Positions 41,827 through 50,924 are shown, counted from the first letter of the stretch. The stretch: DNA of 64,000 nucleotides from Polyangiales bacterium (GCA_038231275.1 JBBRLQ010000004.1:32001-96000), one strand, 5' to 3'. Notes: a model not told the origin generated them from the sequence alone. Made by a program: numbers and translations.

Positions 41827-42297
41827 TCACTGCGATTCGGCGTCGCCCTCGACGAGCGTGTGGAAGAGGCCGAGCAGCTTGCTCGCGCTCGCAGCCACTG
41901 GCGCGAAGAACGCAGCGTCGGTCTCCTCGACGGCGACGATCGCCGCACGGACCTTCTTTTTCCCTATTTCCGTCACCGTTATGGCCTTCGCGCGTGGGTC
42001 GTCCGGGTGCGCGCGGCGGGCGACGAGACCTGCCGCTTCGAGGACACGCACCACCTGAGACGTGGTCATCGGGTCGATGCCGGAGTGCTCGGAGAGGCGC
42101 GCTTGCGTCAGCGTCTCTCGCGCACCGAACCAGGTCGCCGTCGCAAGGAGAACGAACTGCGAATGCGTGAGCTCGAAAGGTAGAAGCGCCGCGCGCTGCC
42201 GCCGTTGCCAGGCGTTCGAGACCTTCCAGAGGAGAAACCCCGGGCTCTCGGCGGGACCCGACAAACGCGTCGGCAGCGGCGGGTTCGGCTTCTTCAT
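41827..42297 (-). CDS. MarR family transcriptional regulator
   Basis: SPGFLLWKVSNAWQR, LTHSQFVLLA, DPMTTSQVVRVLE and DPRAK. Confidence 0.92.
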   Translation of the reverse strand: MKKPNPPLPTRLSGPAESPGFLLWKVSNAWQRRQRAALLPFELTHSQFVLLATATWFGARETLTQARLSEHSGIDPMTTSQVVRVLEAAGLVARRAHPDDPRAKAITVTEIGKKKVRAAIVAVEETDAAFFAPVAASASKLLGLFHTLVEGDAESQ

Positions 42298-42344
42298 GCG
42301 GCGACCTCGAGCACTGCGTTGGAGGTCGTCGGTGAAGCGCTCAC
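42294..42344 (-). pseudogene. 16-codon ORF bridging SRPBCC and MarR (probable gene relic)
   Basis: AAGGAGG RBS; the GTG overlaps the SRPBCC TGA and its own TGA overlaps the MarR ATG. Encodes MSASPTTSNAVLEVAA. Confidence 0.5.
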
Positions 42345-42784
42345 GGCTGCGCCTCCTTCGCGAGCTTGGCGAGCGCCGCGAGGACGTCCGGGAAATCGGC
42401 CGAGACCGCCGGGCCTACCTCCTCGGCGCCCGGACCTTGGGCGACCACCGCGTAGACCACCCGCGCCCGCTTCGGCCCCAGCCGCTCGATGCGGTGGTCG
42501 ACGGTGACGACGAGATCTTCGACGCGCGTCTCGTCGACGAAACCCTCGTTTTCCCGCACCGCCAAGAGACGCGAACGAAACGTGTCCTGCCCCGGCGGCT
42601 GCATCGAGAGCCAGGTGCCGGTGGCGAACGGCCCTTCGAGCTCGATGCGTTCGATGCCGGCGTTCCATCGCTTCCACCCCGCGACGTCGCGGAGGATTCC
42701 CCAAATCACCTCGGCATCCGCCTCGATCTCGATGCCGTGCTCGGTGCGCCACTCGTTCGCGTTCGTCGTCGACATGTTGGTCAT
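42341..42784 (-). CDS. SRPBCC / polyketide cyclase family protein
   Basis: IEADAEVIW..L.DV..W..WN..IE...LEGPFATG. Start placed at ATG 42784 after AAGGAG (alternative 42802). Confidence 0.85.
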   Translation of the reverse strand: MTNMSTTNANEWRTEHGIEIEADAEVIWGILRDVAGWKRWNAGIERIELEGPFATGTWLSMQPPGQDTFRSRLLAVRENEGFVDETRVEDLVVTVDHRIERLGPKRARVVYAVVAQGPGAEEVGPAVSADFPDVLAALAKLAKEAQP

Positions 42785-42809
42785 GGTTCGCGTCTCCTTC
42801 ATAAGCTAA

Positions 42810-42837
42810 CTTATAATATGTACGCTTACTATGTCAA
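42810..42837 (-). promoter_or_regulatory. sigma70 promoter with overlapping palindromic MarR-type operator
   Basis: Minus strand TTGACA-N16-TATAAG; imperfect inverted repeat ATAATATG-TACG-CTTACTAT (42813-42832) between the elements. Confidence 0.65.
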
Positions 42838-42913
42838 GACCCAGAACGGTGTCTATGAGGCGCGCACTCCTGGCGGCGCTGCAAGACGCGCCGTCGCGCG
42901 GTAGTCTGCGAGG

Positions 42914-44140
42914 ATGAGGGCAATCGGCCATCGTCCACGGGAGGCGTGGCTCGCCGTCGTCGGTTTCGTTCTCGTCGCCTGCAGCGCCGCACGTTCGGCG
43001 CCGTCGCCGTTGCCGCCTCCGAGCGTCGACGAGGCCTGCGGTGAGCTCGCGGACGCGCTCGTCGCGTACGGCCACTGCAATGCCGGCGCGTTTGGCAGGC
43101 CCCCCGCTCGCGACCGAATCGTAGCGTCGTGCCAGCGGAGGCTCGGCGCTTCGGGCGTCGTCGCGGCAGCGGCGACGATGGCGACGCAGTGTGCGTCGAG
43201 CCTGCGATCTGCCGCGGCCGCGTGCGATCCGGTGGACGATGCCACCTGCGCCGCGCCGCCGGGGATGCTGGTTACGGGCGCCGCCTGCGGCACGGCGCTC
43301 CAGTGTGCGAGCGGCTACTGTGTCGGCCCACAGAGCACGACGGCCGAAGGGGCGACGCCTTTTCGCTTCGTCGACTTCGCCGAACCGCCCGCGCTCGTCA
43401 CGTGCGGCACGTGCGGAGAAAGGATCGCGAAGGGAGGATCGTGCAGTCCGTCGGTTCCGCAATGCGGACCGGCGTGCAACGTGGTGGCGCCGCCTTGCGC
43501 GTTGGGCACCTTCTGCAAGGTCGACGTCGGGCAGAGCGGGACATGCGTCGAAACCGCGCCGGCAGTCGCGGGCGGCGGGGTGGACGCCCCATGCACGGTC
43601 GGCTGCAAGCGCGGTCTGCGTTGCGACGCCGCCACACAGCGCTGCGCGCCTCCCTCGGCGAACGGAGGCCCGTGCAACGACGTATCGACCGACTGCGTGA
43701 CGGGGCTCGCCTGCTCGCTCGGCCAATGCGTCCCCGTCAGAGGCGCAGGGCAAGGATGCGGCGACGTCCCGCCCCGCAGCGTCTCGGTGTGCGCGCCGGG
43801 CCTGGTGTGTGATCCCGCATCGAACTCGTGCGAGGCGGTCTCCTTCGGACCTCCCGGCGCTCCCTGTGACGAAGCGCTTGCTCGCTGCGCGACCGGCCGA
43901 TGCATTCCTCCACCCGGATCGGCGCGCGGAGTGTGCGCCGCAGTGATCGCCGACGGCCAACCCTGCCGGCAAGGCGCGCCCGACGAGACCTGCGAAGACG
44001 GCGCCGTGTGCCTCACCGCGGCGGCCCTTCAAGGGTGCTGCTTCGCGAGTGGCCCCGGTACGGCCGACGGCGGCTCCGTCGGCCCCGATGGGGGCGCCCT
44101 CGCGACGTGCGTACGCCTCGATCCGAGGAGCTGCCACTGA
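42914..44140 (+). CDS. cysteine-rich repeat lipoprotein
   Basis: Lipobox LVAC plus 40 further Cys (my count) in G.xC...C..G..C....C modules. Confidence 0.75.
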   Translation: MRAIGHRPREAWLAVVGFVLVACSAARSAPSPLPPPSVDEACGELADALVAYGHCNAGAFGRPPARDRIVASCQRRLGASGVVAAAATMATQCASSLRSAAAACDPVDDATCAAPPGMLVTGAACGTALQCASGYCVGPQSTTAEGATPFRFVDFAEPPALVTCGTCGERIAKGGSCSPSVPQCGPACNVVAPPCALGTFCKVDVGQSGTCVETAPAVAGGGVDAPCTVGCKRGLRCDAATQRCAPPSANGGPCNDVSTDCVTGLACSLGQCVPVRGAGQGCGDVPPRSVSVCAPGLVCDPASNSCEAVSFGPPGAPCDEALARCATGRCIPPPGSARGVCAAVIADGQPCRQGAPDETCEDGAVCLTAAALQGCCFASGPGTADGGSVGPDGGALATCVRLDPRSCH

Positions 44141-44256
44141 CGCGGGACGGTACGGCGATGCGTTGCGGCGCGGCCCCATCGGAACCATACTCGACTCCAT
44201 GGCTGCGAACGCGCTCGAGCCGCGGTCCTCGCGATGACTGGCGCAGACGGGATCAC

Positions 44257-45417
44257 GTGAGGCTCGTCGGCTTCGCGGCGATCGTCGCGCTCGTCGGGTG
44301 CGGGTCGACGAGCGCCTCCCCTTCTCCCGGCGCCGACGCGGGTCTCGACGCGACGCTCGACGGCGCCATCGACGCGTCCAACGAAGCGGGCGATGCCGCG
44401 GAGGACGTGCGCCCGCGCCTAGGACGAACGCTCGGCCTCGACATCAACGCGGCAGAGGACGGCAACTACATCACCTCGTTCAACCTCGCGAGGGACGCCG
44501 GCGTGCAGGCGGTGAACCTGACGATCGACTGGAGCCGCGTCGAGACGGTCTCCGACGCGGGACCGGACGGCGGCGACGCGGGCGGCGTGATGGACTTCGA
44601 TCCGAACCTGCACATCGCCAACCTCGTGTTCCCGGGCGCCGCCAAGGTGTCGCTCGCCTTTCGCGCCGTCGACACGACCGGGCCGTCGCTGCCGTCCGAT
44701 CTCGCGGGTCGCCCGCTCGACGACGCGCAAGTCCGCCAGCGCTACGACGCGGCGCAGGACTACGTCTTCGGCCAGATCCCCGATCTCACGCTGACGATGT
44801 ACGTGATCGGAAACGAACTCGACTTGGCCCTCGGCACCGACTCGGCGAAGTGGGCCGCGTACCGGACGTTTTTCGACGGCGCCGCCGCGCACGCCCGCAC
44901 GCTAAAGCCGGGCGTGAAGGTGGGGAGCGTCTTCACGCTCGCCGGCGCACTGGCACACCCCGAGCTCGTGACACCGACGCTTGCGAACGCCGACTTCCTG
45001 GGGCTTACGTATTACCCGCTCCGCGCCGACTTCTCCGTGCGTCCGCCCACGGACGTGCGCGCCGATTTGGACTCCCTCGTCGCGCTCTACCCGAGCGTCC
45101 CGATTTTCTTCCGCGAGGCCGGCTACCCGTCGGGCGCGGACGTGGCGAGCTCTGCCGAGCAGCAGGCGGCGTTCGTGACCGAGCTCTTTCGAGCGTGGGA
45201 TGCGCACGCCGAGCGGATCCCGATCATGACGCTGTTCACCATGAACGAGTACTCGCCGCAGGCGATCGCCTCGCTCGCCAAATACTACGGCTCCTCCGAC
45301 CCAAAATTCCTGGCGTACTTGGGCACGCTCGGCCTCCGGACCTACGCGCCGGGAAGCGGGGCGAACAAGCCCGCCTGGGACGCCCTCGCGCACGCCGCGC
45401 ACGCGCGCGGCTGGTAG
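44257..45417 (+). CDS. clan GH-A-like glycoside hydrolase lipoprotein
   Basis: Lipobox LVGC, DAG linker, acid/base motif VIGNE and nucleophile motif FFREAGYPS; GTG start. Confidence 0.7.
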   Translation: MRLVGFAAIVALVGCGSTSASPSPGADAGLDATLDGAIDASNEAGDAAEDVRPRLGRTLGLDINAAEDGNYITSFNLARDAGVQAVNLTIDWSRVETVSDAGPDGGDAGGVMDFDPNLHIANLVFPGAAKVSLAFRAVDTTGPSLPSDLAGRPLDDAQVRQRYDAAQDYVFGQIPDLTLTMYVIGNELDLALGTDSAKWAAYRTFFDGAAAHARTLKPGVKVGSVFTLAGALAHPELVTPTLANADFLGLTYYPLRADFSVRPPTDVRADLDSLVALYPSVPIFFREAGYPSGADVASSAEQQAAFVTELFRAWDAHAERIPIMTLFTMNEYSPQAIASLAKYYGSSDPKFLAYLGTLGLRTYAPGSGANKPAWDALAHAAHARGW

Positions 45418-45553
45418 CGGACGCGCGAGCGGAAGGAAGCGCATAGCCGCGCGGATCTCCTAAGGATCCGTGGTTGACCCCGGGGCCCCGGTCGCGGTAC
45501 GAGAGGCGCCTCCGCTTGCTCCTTCCCCCTCCTTGCTCACGGCCGCCCGCCTG

Positions 45554-48253
45554 ATGCGATCTCCCACGAAACGCGGCTTTAATCGGGTGCTCGCGGTCTT
45601 CGCGGCGTTCGTCGTCGCGCTCGTCGTGGCCTTCGTCCCGTCGCGCGTGGCGCATGCGCAGGCGCTCGACGGCGGGGCCGACGGATCGGCCGACGGAGGC
45701 GTCGACGCGCGCACCGCCCCTCCGCTCATCGCGCCCGGGCGATCGGAGATGGACGAGCCCGGCACCGGCGACGCCGGGGTCCCCGGCAACGCGATGGACG
45801 CCGGCGGCCAGGTGCTCGACACCGCCGCCGCAGCCGGCACCGCGCAAGTTCGCATCCCGCCGTCGGAGACCGAGAAGGCGGAAGGCACGCCCATCCTCAA
45901 GATCGACATCAGCGGCAACCGCCGCGTGGCGCGCGAGGACATCAACACCTACCTCCGCGAGAAGCCCGGCCAGCTCTTCAAGGGCGACAACCTCACGAGC
46001 GATGTGCGCGCGCTGTGGGACTCTGGCTTCTTCGACGACATCGAGGTCGATCTCACGCGTGGCGATCGCGGCATCACGCTCCGCTTCCTCGTGCGCGAGC
46101 GCCCGAACATCAAGGGCGTCGAGTTCGACGGCAACGAAGAGATCGAGGACGACAAGCTCCAGGAGGCGATCGAGGTCAAGGCGAACACGATCCTCAGCGT
46201 CCCGGCGGTGCGCCGAAGCGTCCAGAAGATCAAGGACGCGTACGCCGAGAAGGGCTACTTCCTCGCCGACGTCGAGTTCACGGTCGAGCCGCAGCGCGAC
46301 AACGAGGTGCTCGTCCGCTTCAAGATCGTCGAGCACACGCCGGTCACCGTCCGCCGCGTCACGTTCATCGGCAACTACAGCGTCCCCGACTCCGAGCTGC
46401 GCGAGGTGATGCAGACCGGCCAGGGCTCGTTCTTCTCGTTCGGCTCCGGCGGCCCGTACCGCCAGGACATGTTCGAGCGCGACGTGCTCATGATCAACGC
46501 CCTCTATTACGACAAGGGCTACATGAGCGTGCAGATCGGCACGCCGCGCGTGATGCTCACGCCCGATCGCGAGGGCATCGAGATCACGCTCGCCATCCAC
46601 GAGGGGCCGCGCTTCAAGATCCGCCAGCTCAAGATCTTCGAGCGCGACAACGAGGGGCACGAGATCGAGCCGCTCGGCGGACGGCGCCAGCTGCGCCAGC
46701 TCGTTCGGTCGCACAACGGCGACTACTTCAACCGCGCGGAGCTCGTGAAGGATCTCCAGGCGGTCCGCACGCTCTACCGCGACGCCGGCTACGCGAACGT
46801 CGAGGCCGAGCCGGAGACCGAGCTCGATCCCGTCCACCAAGAGGTCGACATCGTCATCCCCATCCGCCGCGGACCGCTCGTCCACGTCGAGCGCATCGAG
46901 CTGAAGGGGAACACGAAGACGCGCGACAAGGTCCTGCGCCGCGAGATGGAGATCGAGGAGGGCATGCTCTTCTCGGAGACCCGCCTCGAGGACAGCAAGC
47001 GGCGCATCCAGGCGCTCGGCTACTTCGAGCGCGTCGACGTGTCGACCGAGCAAGGGTCGGCGCCCGACAAGATCATCATCAACTTCGAGATCGCGGAGCG
47101 CCCGACCGGAACGTTCCAGGTCGGCGCCGGCTTCAGCTCGGTCGAGAATTTCATCGTCACCGCGCAGGTGCAGCAGGCAAACCTGTTCGGCAACGGGCAG
47201 TCGCTCGCCTTGCAAGCGCAGGTGTCGGGCTTGCGGCAGCTCGTGAGCATTCGCTTCTTCGAGCCGTATTTCTTGAACACCGACTGGTCGGCGAGCACGG
47301 AGCTCTTCGACACGCTGTACGTGTTCCCGGACTTCTCGCGCCGCTCTCTGGGTGGGTCCCTGACGTTCGGCTACGCGCTCGTGCAGCCGTGGCTTCGCTT
47401 GTCCATCACGGCGACCGCGCAGCAGGACAAGGTCGATACGAGCCAGGTCAATACGTTCTTCGGCTCGACGTCGGGCTTCGTCAGCATCTTCCAGCGCCTG
47501 CCGCTCGCCAACCTCTTCAACGACGGCCGCACGATCTCGCTGCGCCCTGCGATCGTCTACGACACGCGCGACAACCGCCTCTTCCCGTCGTCGGGCATTT
47601 TTCTCCAGGCGTCGACGGAGCTCGCGAGCGGGTACTTCGGCAGCGAGATCGAGACGCTGCGTCACCGCTTCCAGGGCAACTTCTACTACCCGCTCGGCCT
47701 CAACACCGGGCAACCGGGCTCCGGCTTCGTGCTCAAGCTGCGCACCGAGTTCGGCGCGGTCACCTCGCCTCACGCCGAGGGCGTGCCGATCTTCGCGCGC
47801 TACTTCCTCGGCGGCATCCTCGACGTGCGCGGCTATCGCCTCCGCACCATCGGCCCGCGCTTGCCGCTCAACCAGTCGCTCGACGTGAACGCCCCGCCGA
47901 TCCCGAACGGCGCGAACATCGGCGGCAACGTGCAGGCGTTCGAGAACCTCGAGGTCGAGTTCCCGATCATCGACAAGGTCGGCATCCGCGGCGTCACGTT
48001 CCTCGACGCCGGCAACGCGTGGAACACCGAGCAGCAGTTCTGCAAGACGACGCCGGCGCCGCAATTCGACAAGGTGGTGTCGCCCTGCTTCACGTTCCCC
48101 GACAGCCTCGGCTACCTGCGCGCGTCGACGGGGTTCGGCATCCGCTGGTTCTCGCCGCTCGGCCCGCTGCGCTTCGAGTGGGGCTTCCCGCTGAAGCCGC
48201 TGCCGTACGAGGAGAGCTACGTGTTCGAGTTCACGATCGGGAATTTCTTCTAG
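45554..48253 (+). CDS. bamA: outer membrane protein assembly factor BamA
   Basis: Five POTRA-type repeats (ISGNRRV, FDGNEEI, FIGNYSV, LKGNTKTRDKVLRRE), VRGY motif and C-terminal FEFTIGNFF. Confidence 0.96.
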   Translation: MRSPTKRGFNRVLAVFAAFVVALVVAFVPSRVAHAQALDGGADGSADGGVDARTAPPLIAPGRSEMDEPGTGDAGVPGNAMDAGGQVLDTAAAAGTAQVRIPPSETEKAEGTPILKIDISGNRRVAREDINTYLREKPGQLFKGDNLTSDVRALWDSGFFDDIEVDLTRGDRGITLRFLVRERPNIKGVEFDGNEEIEDDKLQEAIEVKANTILSVPAVRRSVQKIKDAYAEKGYFLADVEFTVEPQRDNEVLVRFKIVEHTPVTVRRVTFIGNYSVPDSELREVMQTGQGSFFSFGSGGPYRQDMFERDVLMINALYYDKGYMSVQIGTPRVMLTPDREGIEITLAIHEGPRFKIRQLKIFERDNEGHEIEPLGGRRQLRQLVRSHNGDYFNRAELVKDLQAVRTLYRDAGYANVEAEPETELDPVHQEVDIVIPIRRGPLVHVERIELKGNTKTRDKVLRREMEIEEGMLFSETRLEDSKRRIQALGYFERVDVSTEQGSAPDKIIINFEIAERPTGTFQVGAGFSSVENFIVTAQVQQANLFGNGQSLALQAQVSGLRQLVSIRFFEPYFLNTDWSASTELFDTLYVFPDFSRRSLGGSLTFGYALVQPWLRLSITATAQQDKVDTSQVNTFFGSTSGFVSIFQRLPLANLFNDGRTISLRPAIVYDTRDNRLFPSSGIFLQASTELASGYFGSEIETLRHRFQGNFYYPLGLNTGQPGSGFVLKLRTEFGAVTSPHAEGVPIFARYFLGGILDVRGYRLRTIGPRLPLNQSLDVNAPPIPNGANIGGNVQAFENLEVEFPIIDKVGIRGVTFLDAGNAWNTEQQFCKTTPAPQFDKVVSPCFTFPDSLGYLRASTGFGIRWFSPLGPLRFEWGFPLKPLPYEESYVFEFTIGNFF

Positions 48254-48840
48254 CTCGCCGAGACTGCGTCGTCGGCCTCCGTCCACGCCCCGATCGGGAT
48301 CTCGCGCGCGCGTAAAGGCCGAACGACCTTGTCGCGCATCGACCGGCGCGCCAATGCGAGGTAGGCGCCGGTCTCCATCCAACCCAGCGAGTTCCCCTTC
48401 GTGTCGAACCCTGCGCGGCCCCGCGCGGCGATGGCCGCCCACTGCTTCTTGATCGACCCGATGGCGATGTCGGCGTGCCTGCCCACGTGCGCGCGCTCCT
48501 CTGCGGTCATCTCTCCTGTCGCCCAGTCGAGGAAGGTGAACCCGAAGGTGCCGTGCGCCGCTTCGTCGCGCAGGATGCGCCCGAGCACGGCGCGCGGCAT
48601 CGGGTGCGTCGACGCGTGCCACGTCCCGCGGATGAGCGGGATCGAGAGCGCTTCGCCGACGCAGAAAAATCGGGCGATCAGCTCCGCCGCGCGCGCGATG
48701 GGTCGAACGCTCATCTCCGGGCGCATCTTCCGATAGCGCCGCTCGAACGCGCCGCCGATCATCTCGAGCTCGAAGACCGCGCCCTTCGGATCCATCGTGA
48801 CGGGGCCGGTCAGGCCGACGGAGGGGTCAACCGCCGTCAT
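48250..48840 (-). pseudogene. ferritin-like (di-iron four-helix bundle) protein, apparently internally deleted
   Basis: Only one E-x29-ExxH half (CVGE...RDEAAH) is present, with an abrupt join at MRPE/MSVRP. Alternative start 48795. Confidence 0.55.
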
Positions 48841-48957
48841 CGCTCGCGTCCGTGGCGCCGTCGCCCGCGTCAGCGCGCGCGTCGTTTGCGTCGGCGCCCG
48901 CATCGCTCGCGTCGGGCGGGATCGCACCTACCAGGACCCAGACGGCGTGAGAGCGTC
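48827..48957 (-). pseudogene. orphan 3' remnant of a gene with a DAG-repeat tail
   Basis: Reads HAVWVLVGAIPPDASDAGADANDARADAGDGATDASDDGG-stop with no plausible start of its own. Confidence 0.5.
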
Positions 48958-49317
48958 TCAGCTCTCGTCGGAGAAGCGCTCCCAGGCGGCCTGACGGGAC
49001 ACGCCGAGCGCGTCGGCGATGCGCTCCCAGCTCGTGCCGCGGCGGCGGATGGCACCGACGTGCTCGCGTAGTCTCTCCGACGCGTCGCCCACTGCCGATT
49101 CGGCGGCGGGCAAGGTCGCGAGCAGCTCCTCGTCGCTCATGGACGACCAACCCGCGAACGCCGCGGTCGGCTTGCCGGTGAGGATCCTTCCGCATAGCGC
49201 AACGCATGCCTCGCAGATGTGAACACCGGGGCCGGCAACGAGCTTGCCGGCCTGCTCGCGGGTCTTCCGACAGAACGAGCAATGCAACGTGGTCTTGAGC
49301 GACGTCGTGGCGTTCAT
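48958..49317 (-). CDS. ClpX C4-type zinc finger fused to a helix-turn-helix domain
   Basis: CSFC....[17 protein letters not shown] followed by [34 protein letters not shown]. Confidence 0.88.
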   Translation of the reverse strand: MNATTSLKTTLHCSFCRKTREQAGKLVAGPGVHICEACVALCGRILTGKPTAAFAGWSSMSDEELLATLPAAESAVGDASERLREHVGAIRRRGTSWERIADALGVSRQAAWERFSDES

Positions 49318-49344
49318 CTTCCTTCTCCTGGGCGCGATCACATC

Positions 49345-49391
49345 TGTCAAGGTAGTCCTGACACCACCGCGCCGTCAAGGAAGACCTGACG
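49345..49391 (-). promoter_or_regulatory. two tandem palindromic operators overlapping -35 and -10
   Basis: TGTCAAGGTAGTCCTGACA (49345-49363) and CGTCAAGGAAGACCTGACG (49373-49391); minus strand TTGACG-N18-TACCTT. Confidence 0.7.
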
Positions 49392-49484
49392 ACAGGCTTG
49401 CGCGGCCTCGCCGAAGCGGGCCGGAAATAGCGCGGAGGGAAGAACTGTGACGGCTACCGCGTATGACGGCGCGTGCGCCTAACC

Positions 49485-50909
49485 ATGGACTTTTCCAAGC
49501 TTACCCTCGCCTTCCTCCTCACTTGCGCCCCCGCGACGGTTGCCTGCAGCGGCGCCGGAAACGGCGATCTCTTTGCCGGCGGCCAGTCCGACGGGGGCGG
49601 CCTCGACGCGACAGGCCCGCAAGGCGACGGGGACTCGCCCAATCCCGACACCGGGCCGCCCGGCCCCTGCGTCCCCAACGATCTCGCCGATTGCGCAGGC
49701 AAGTGCGGGCAGTTGAAGGGGCGCTGCGGTGCGCCGGTCTCGTGCGCGTCGTGCGCGCCGGAGCTCACGTGCGGCGGTGGCGGACCGAACGTGTGCGGTC
49801 ACGGGCCGTGCACGCCGAACTGCGCCGGAAAAGCGTGCGGCGACAGCGACGGGTGCGCGGGCCTCTGCCAGACAGGCGCGTGCGGCACGGGGCTTCGATG
49901 CAAAGCGGGCGTCTGCGCGTGCGACGGGACGTCGTGCACCGGATGCTGCTCCGCGAACACCTGCAAGCCCGGAAATGCAGCCGACGCGTGCGGCGCAGGC
50001 GGCGGCGCATGCGCGGCGTGCGTCTCTCCGAGCACCTGCCAACTCAGCGGTGTCTGCCGACCGCCGGGCACGAGCTCCAAGGTCGTCCTCTTCGGCGGCT
50101 ACACGGGCGCCAGTTATCTCAGCGACACGGTTTTGTGGGACGGCGTGTCGTGGACGACGGCTGCCGTCAGCGGACCTTCTGCACGATCGCGTCACGCGAT
50201 GGCGACGCAGGGGAGCAAGGTCGTCCTCTTCGGTGGCTCCGTCAACGACAGCACCGGCCTCGCCGACACATGGGAGTTCGACGGCGCCGCGTGGAAACAG
50301 AAGGCTGCCGGGCCGCCCGCGCGCTTGTCGGCGACGATGGGCACGCTCGGGAACAAGGTCGTTCTCTTCGGCGGGCAAGACAGCGCCGGCGTCTACTTGC
50401 AGGATACATGGGAGTGGGACGGCGCCACCTGGACGCAGAAGACTCCGGCCACGTCGCCGCCCGCGCGCTGGATCGCCAGCATGGCCACGCTCGGCGGCAA
50501 GGTCGTTCTCTTCGGCGGCGCCGGCAGCGTCGGCGCCCTCGGCGACACGTGGGAGTGGGACGGCGTCACTTGGACGCAGCGCGCGACGACCGGACCGACC
50601 GCGCGCAGCGGCGTCGCGATGGCCACCCTCGGCGGCACGATCGTGCTCTTCGGCGGCAACAGCACGGCCGTCCTCTCCGACACGTGGGAGTGGAGCGGCA
50701 CCTCCTGGACGGCGCGCACCGTCAGCCCCATTCCGCCCGCGCGCTACGACCACGCGATGGTCGGCTTCGGCGGCAAGGTGCTGATGGCCGGCGGCATCGG
50801 CACTTCTGTCGACCTCGGCGATTTCTGGATCTGGAGTGGGACGGCGTGGGCAAGCAACGCCGCGTCGCCGAGCGCGCGCGATCACTTCGCGATGGCGGTT
50901 CTCCCCTGA
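49485..50909 (+). CDS. lipoprotein with Cys-rich stalk and Kelch-like beta-propeller
   Basis: Lipobox TVAC, a Cys-rich region and six KVVLFGG...DTWEWDG-type repeats. Confidence 0.85.
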   Translation: MDFSKLTLAFLLTCAPATVACSGAGNGDLFAGGQSDGGGLDATGPQGDGDSPNPDTGPPGPCVPNDLADCAGKCGQLKGRCGAPVSCASCAPELTCGGGGPNVCGHGPCTPNCAGKACGDSDGCAGLCQTGACGTGLRCKAGVCACDGTSCTGCCSANTCKPGNAADACGAGGGACAACVSPSTCQLSGVCRPPGTSSKVVLFGGYTGASYLSDTVLWDGVSWTTAAVSGPSARSRHAMATQGSKVVLFGGSVNDSTGLADTWEFDGAAWKQKAAGPPARLSATMGTLGNKVVLFGGQDSAGVYLQDTWEWDGATWTQKTPATSPPARWIASMATLGGKVVLFGGAGSVGALGDTWEWDGVTWTQRATTGPTARSGVAMATLGGTIVLFGGNSTAVLSDTWEWSGTSWTARTVSPIPPARYDHAMVGFGGKVLMAGGIGTSVDLGDFWIWSGTAWASNAASPSARDHFAMAVLP

Positions 50910-50924
50910 GAATCTTGCGGCCGA

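Noticed and set aside
45236-48622. 1128-aa antisense ORF and similar long shadow ORFs (6322-8415, 24705-27644, 30206-32422, 39559-41802)
   Set aside because: They lie opposite well-supported genes and have no motifs; this is expected from stop-codon scarcity in GC-rich DNA with strong codon bias.
48827-49378. Programmed frameshift fusing the zinc-finger-HTH protein to the DAG tail, or a real 183-aa overlapping gene
   Set aside because: No slippery sequence; the upstream part of the ORF is shadow sequence and the fusion makes little biological sense.
50078-50860. Recurring AAGGTCGTCCTCTTCGG and ACGTGGGAGTGGGACGG DNA repeats
   Set aside because: They are the coding repeats of Kelch-like blades, not an independent repeat element.
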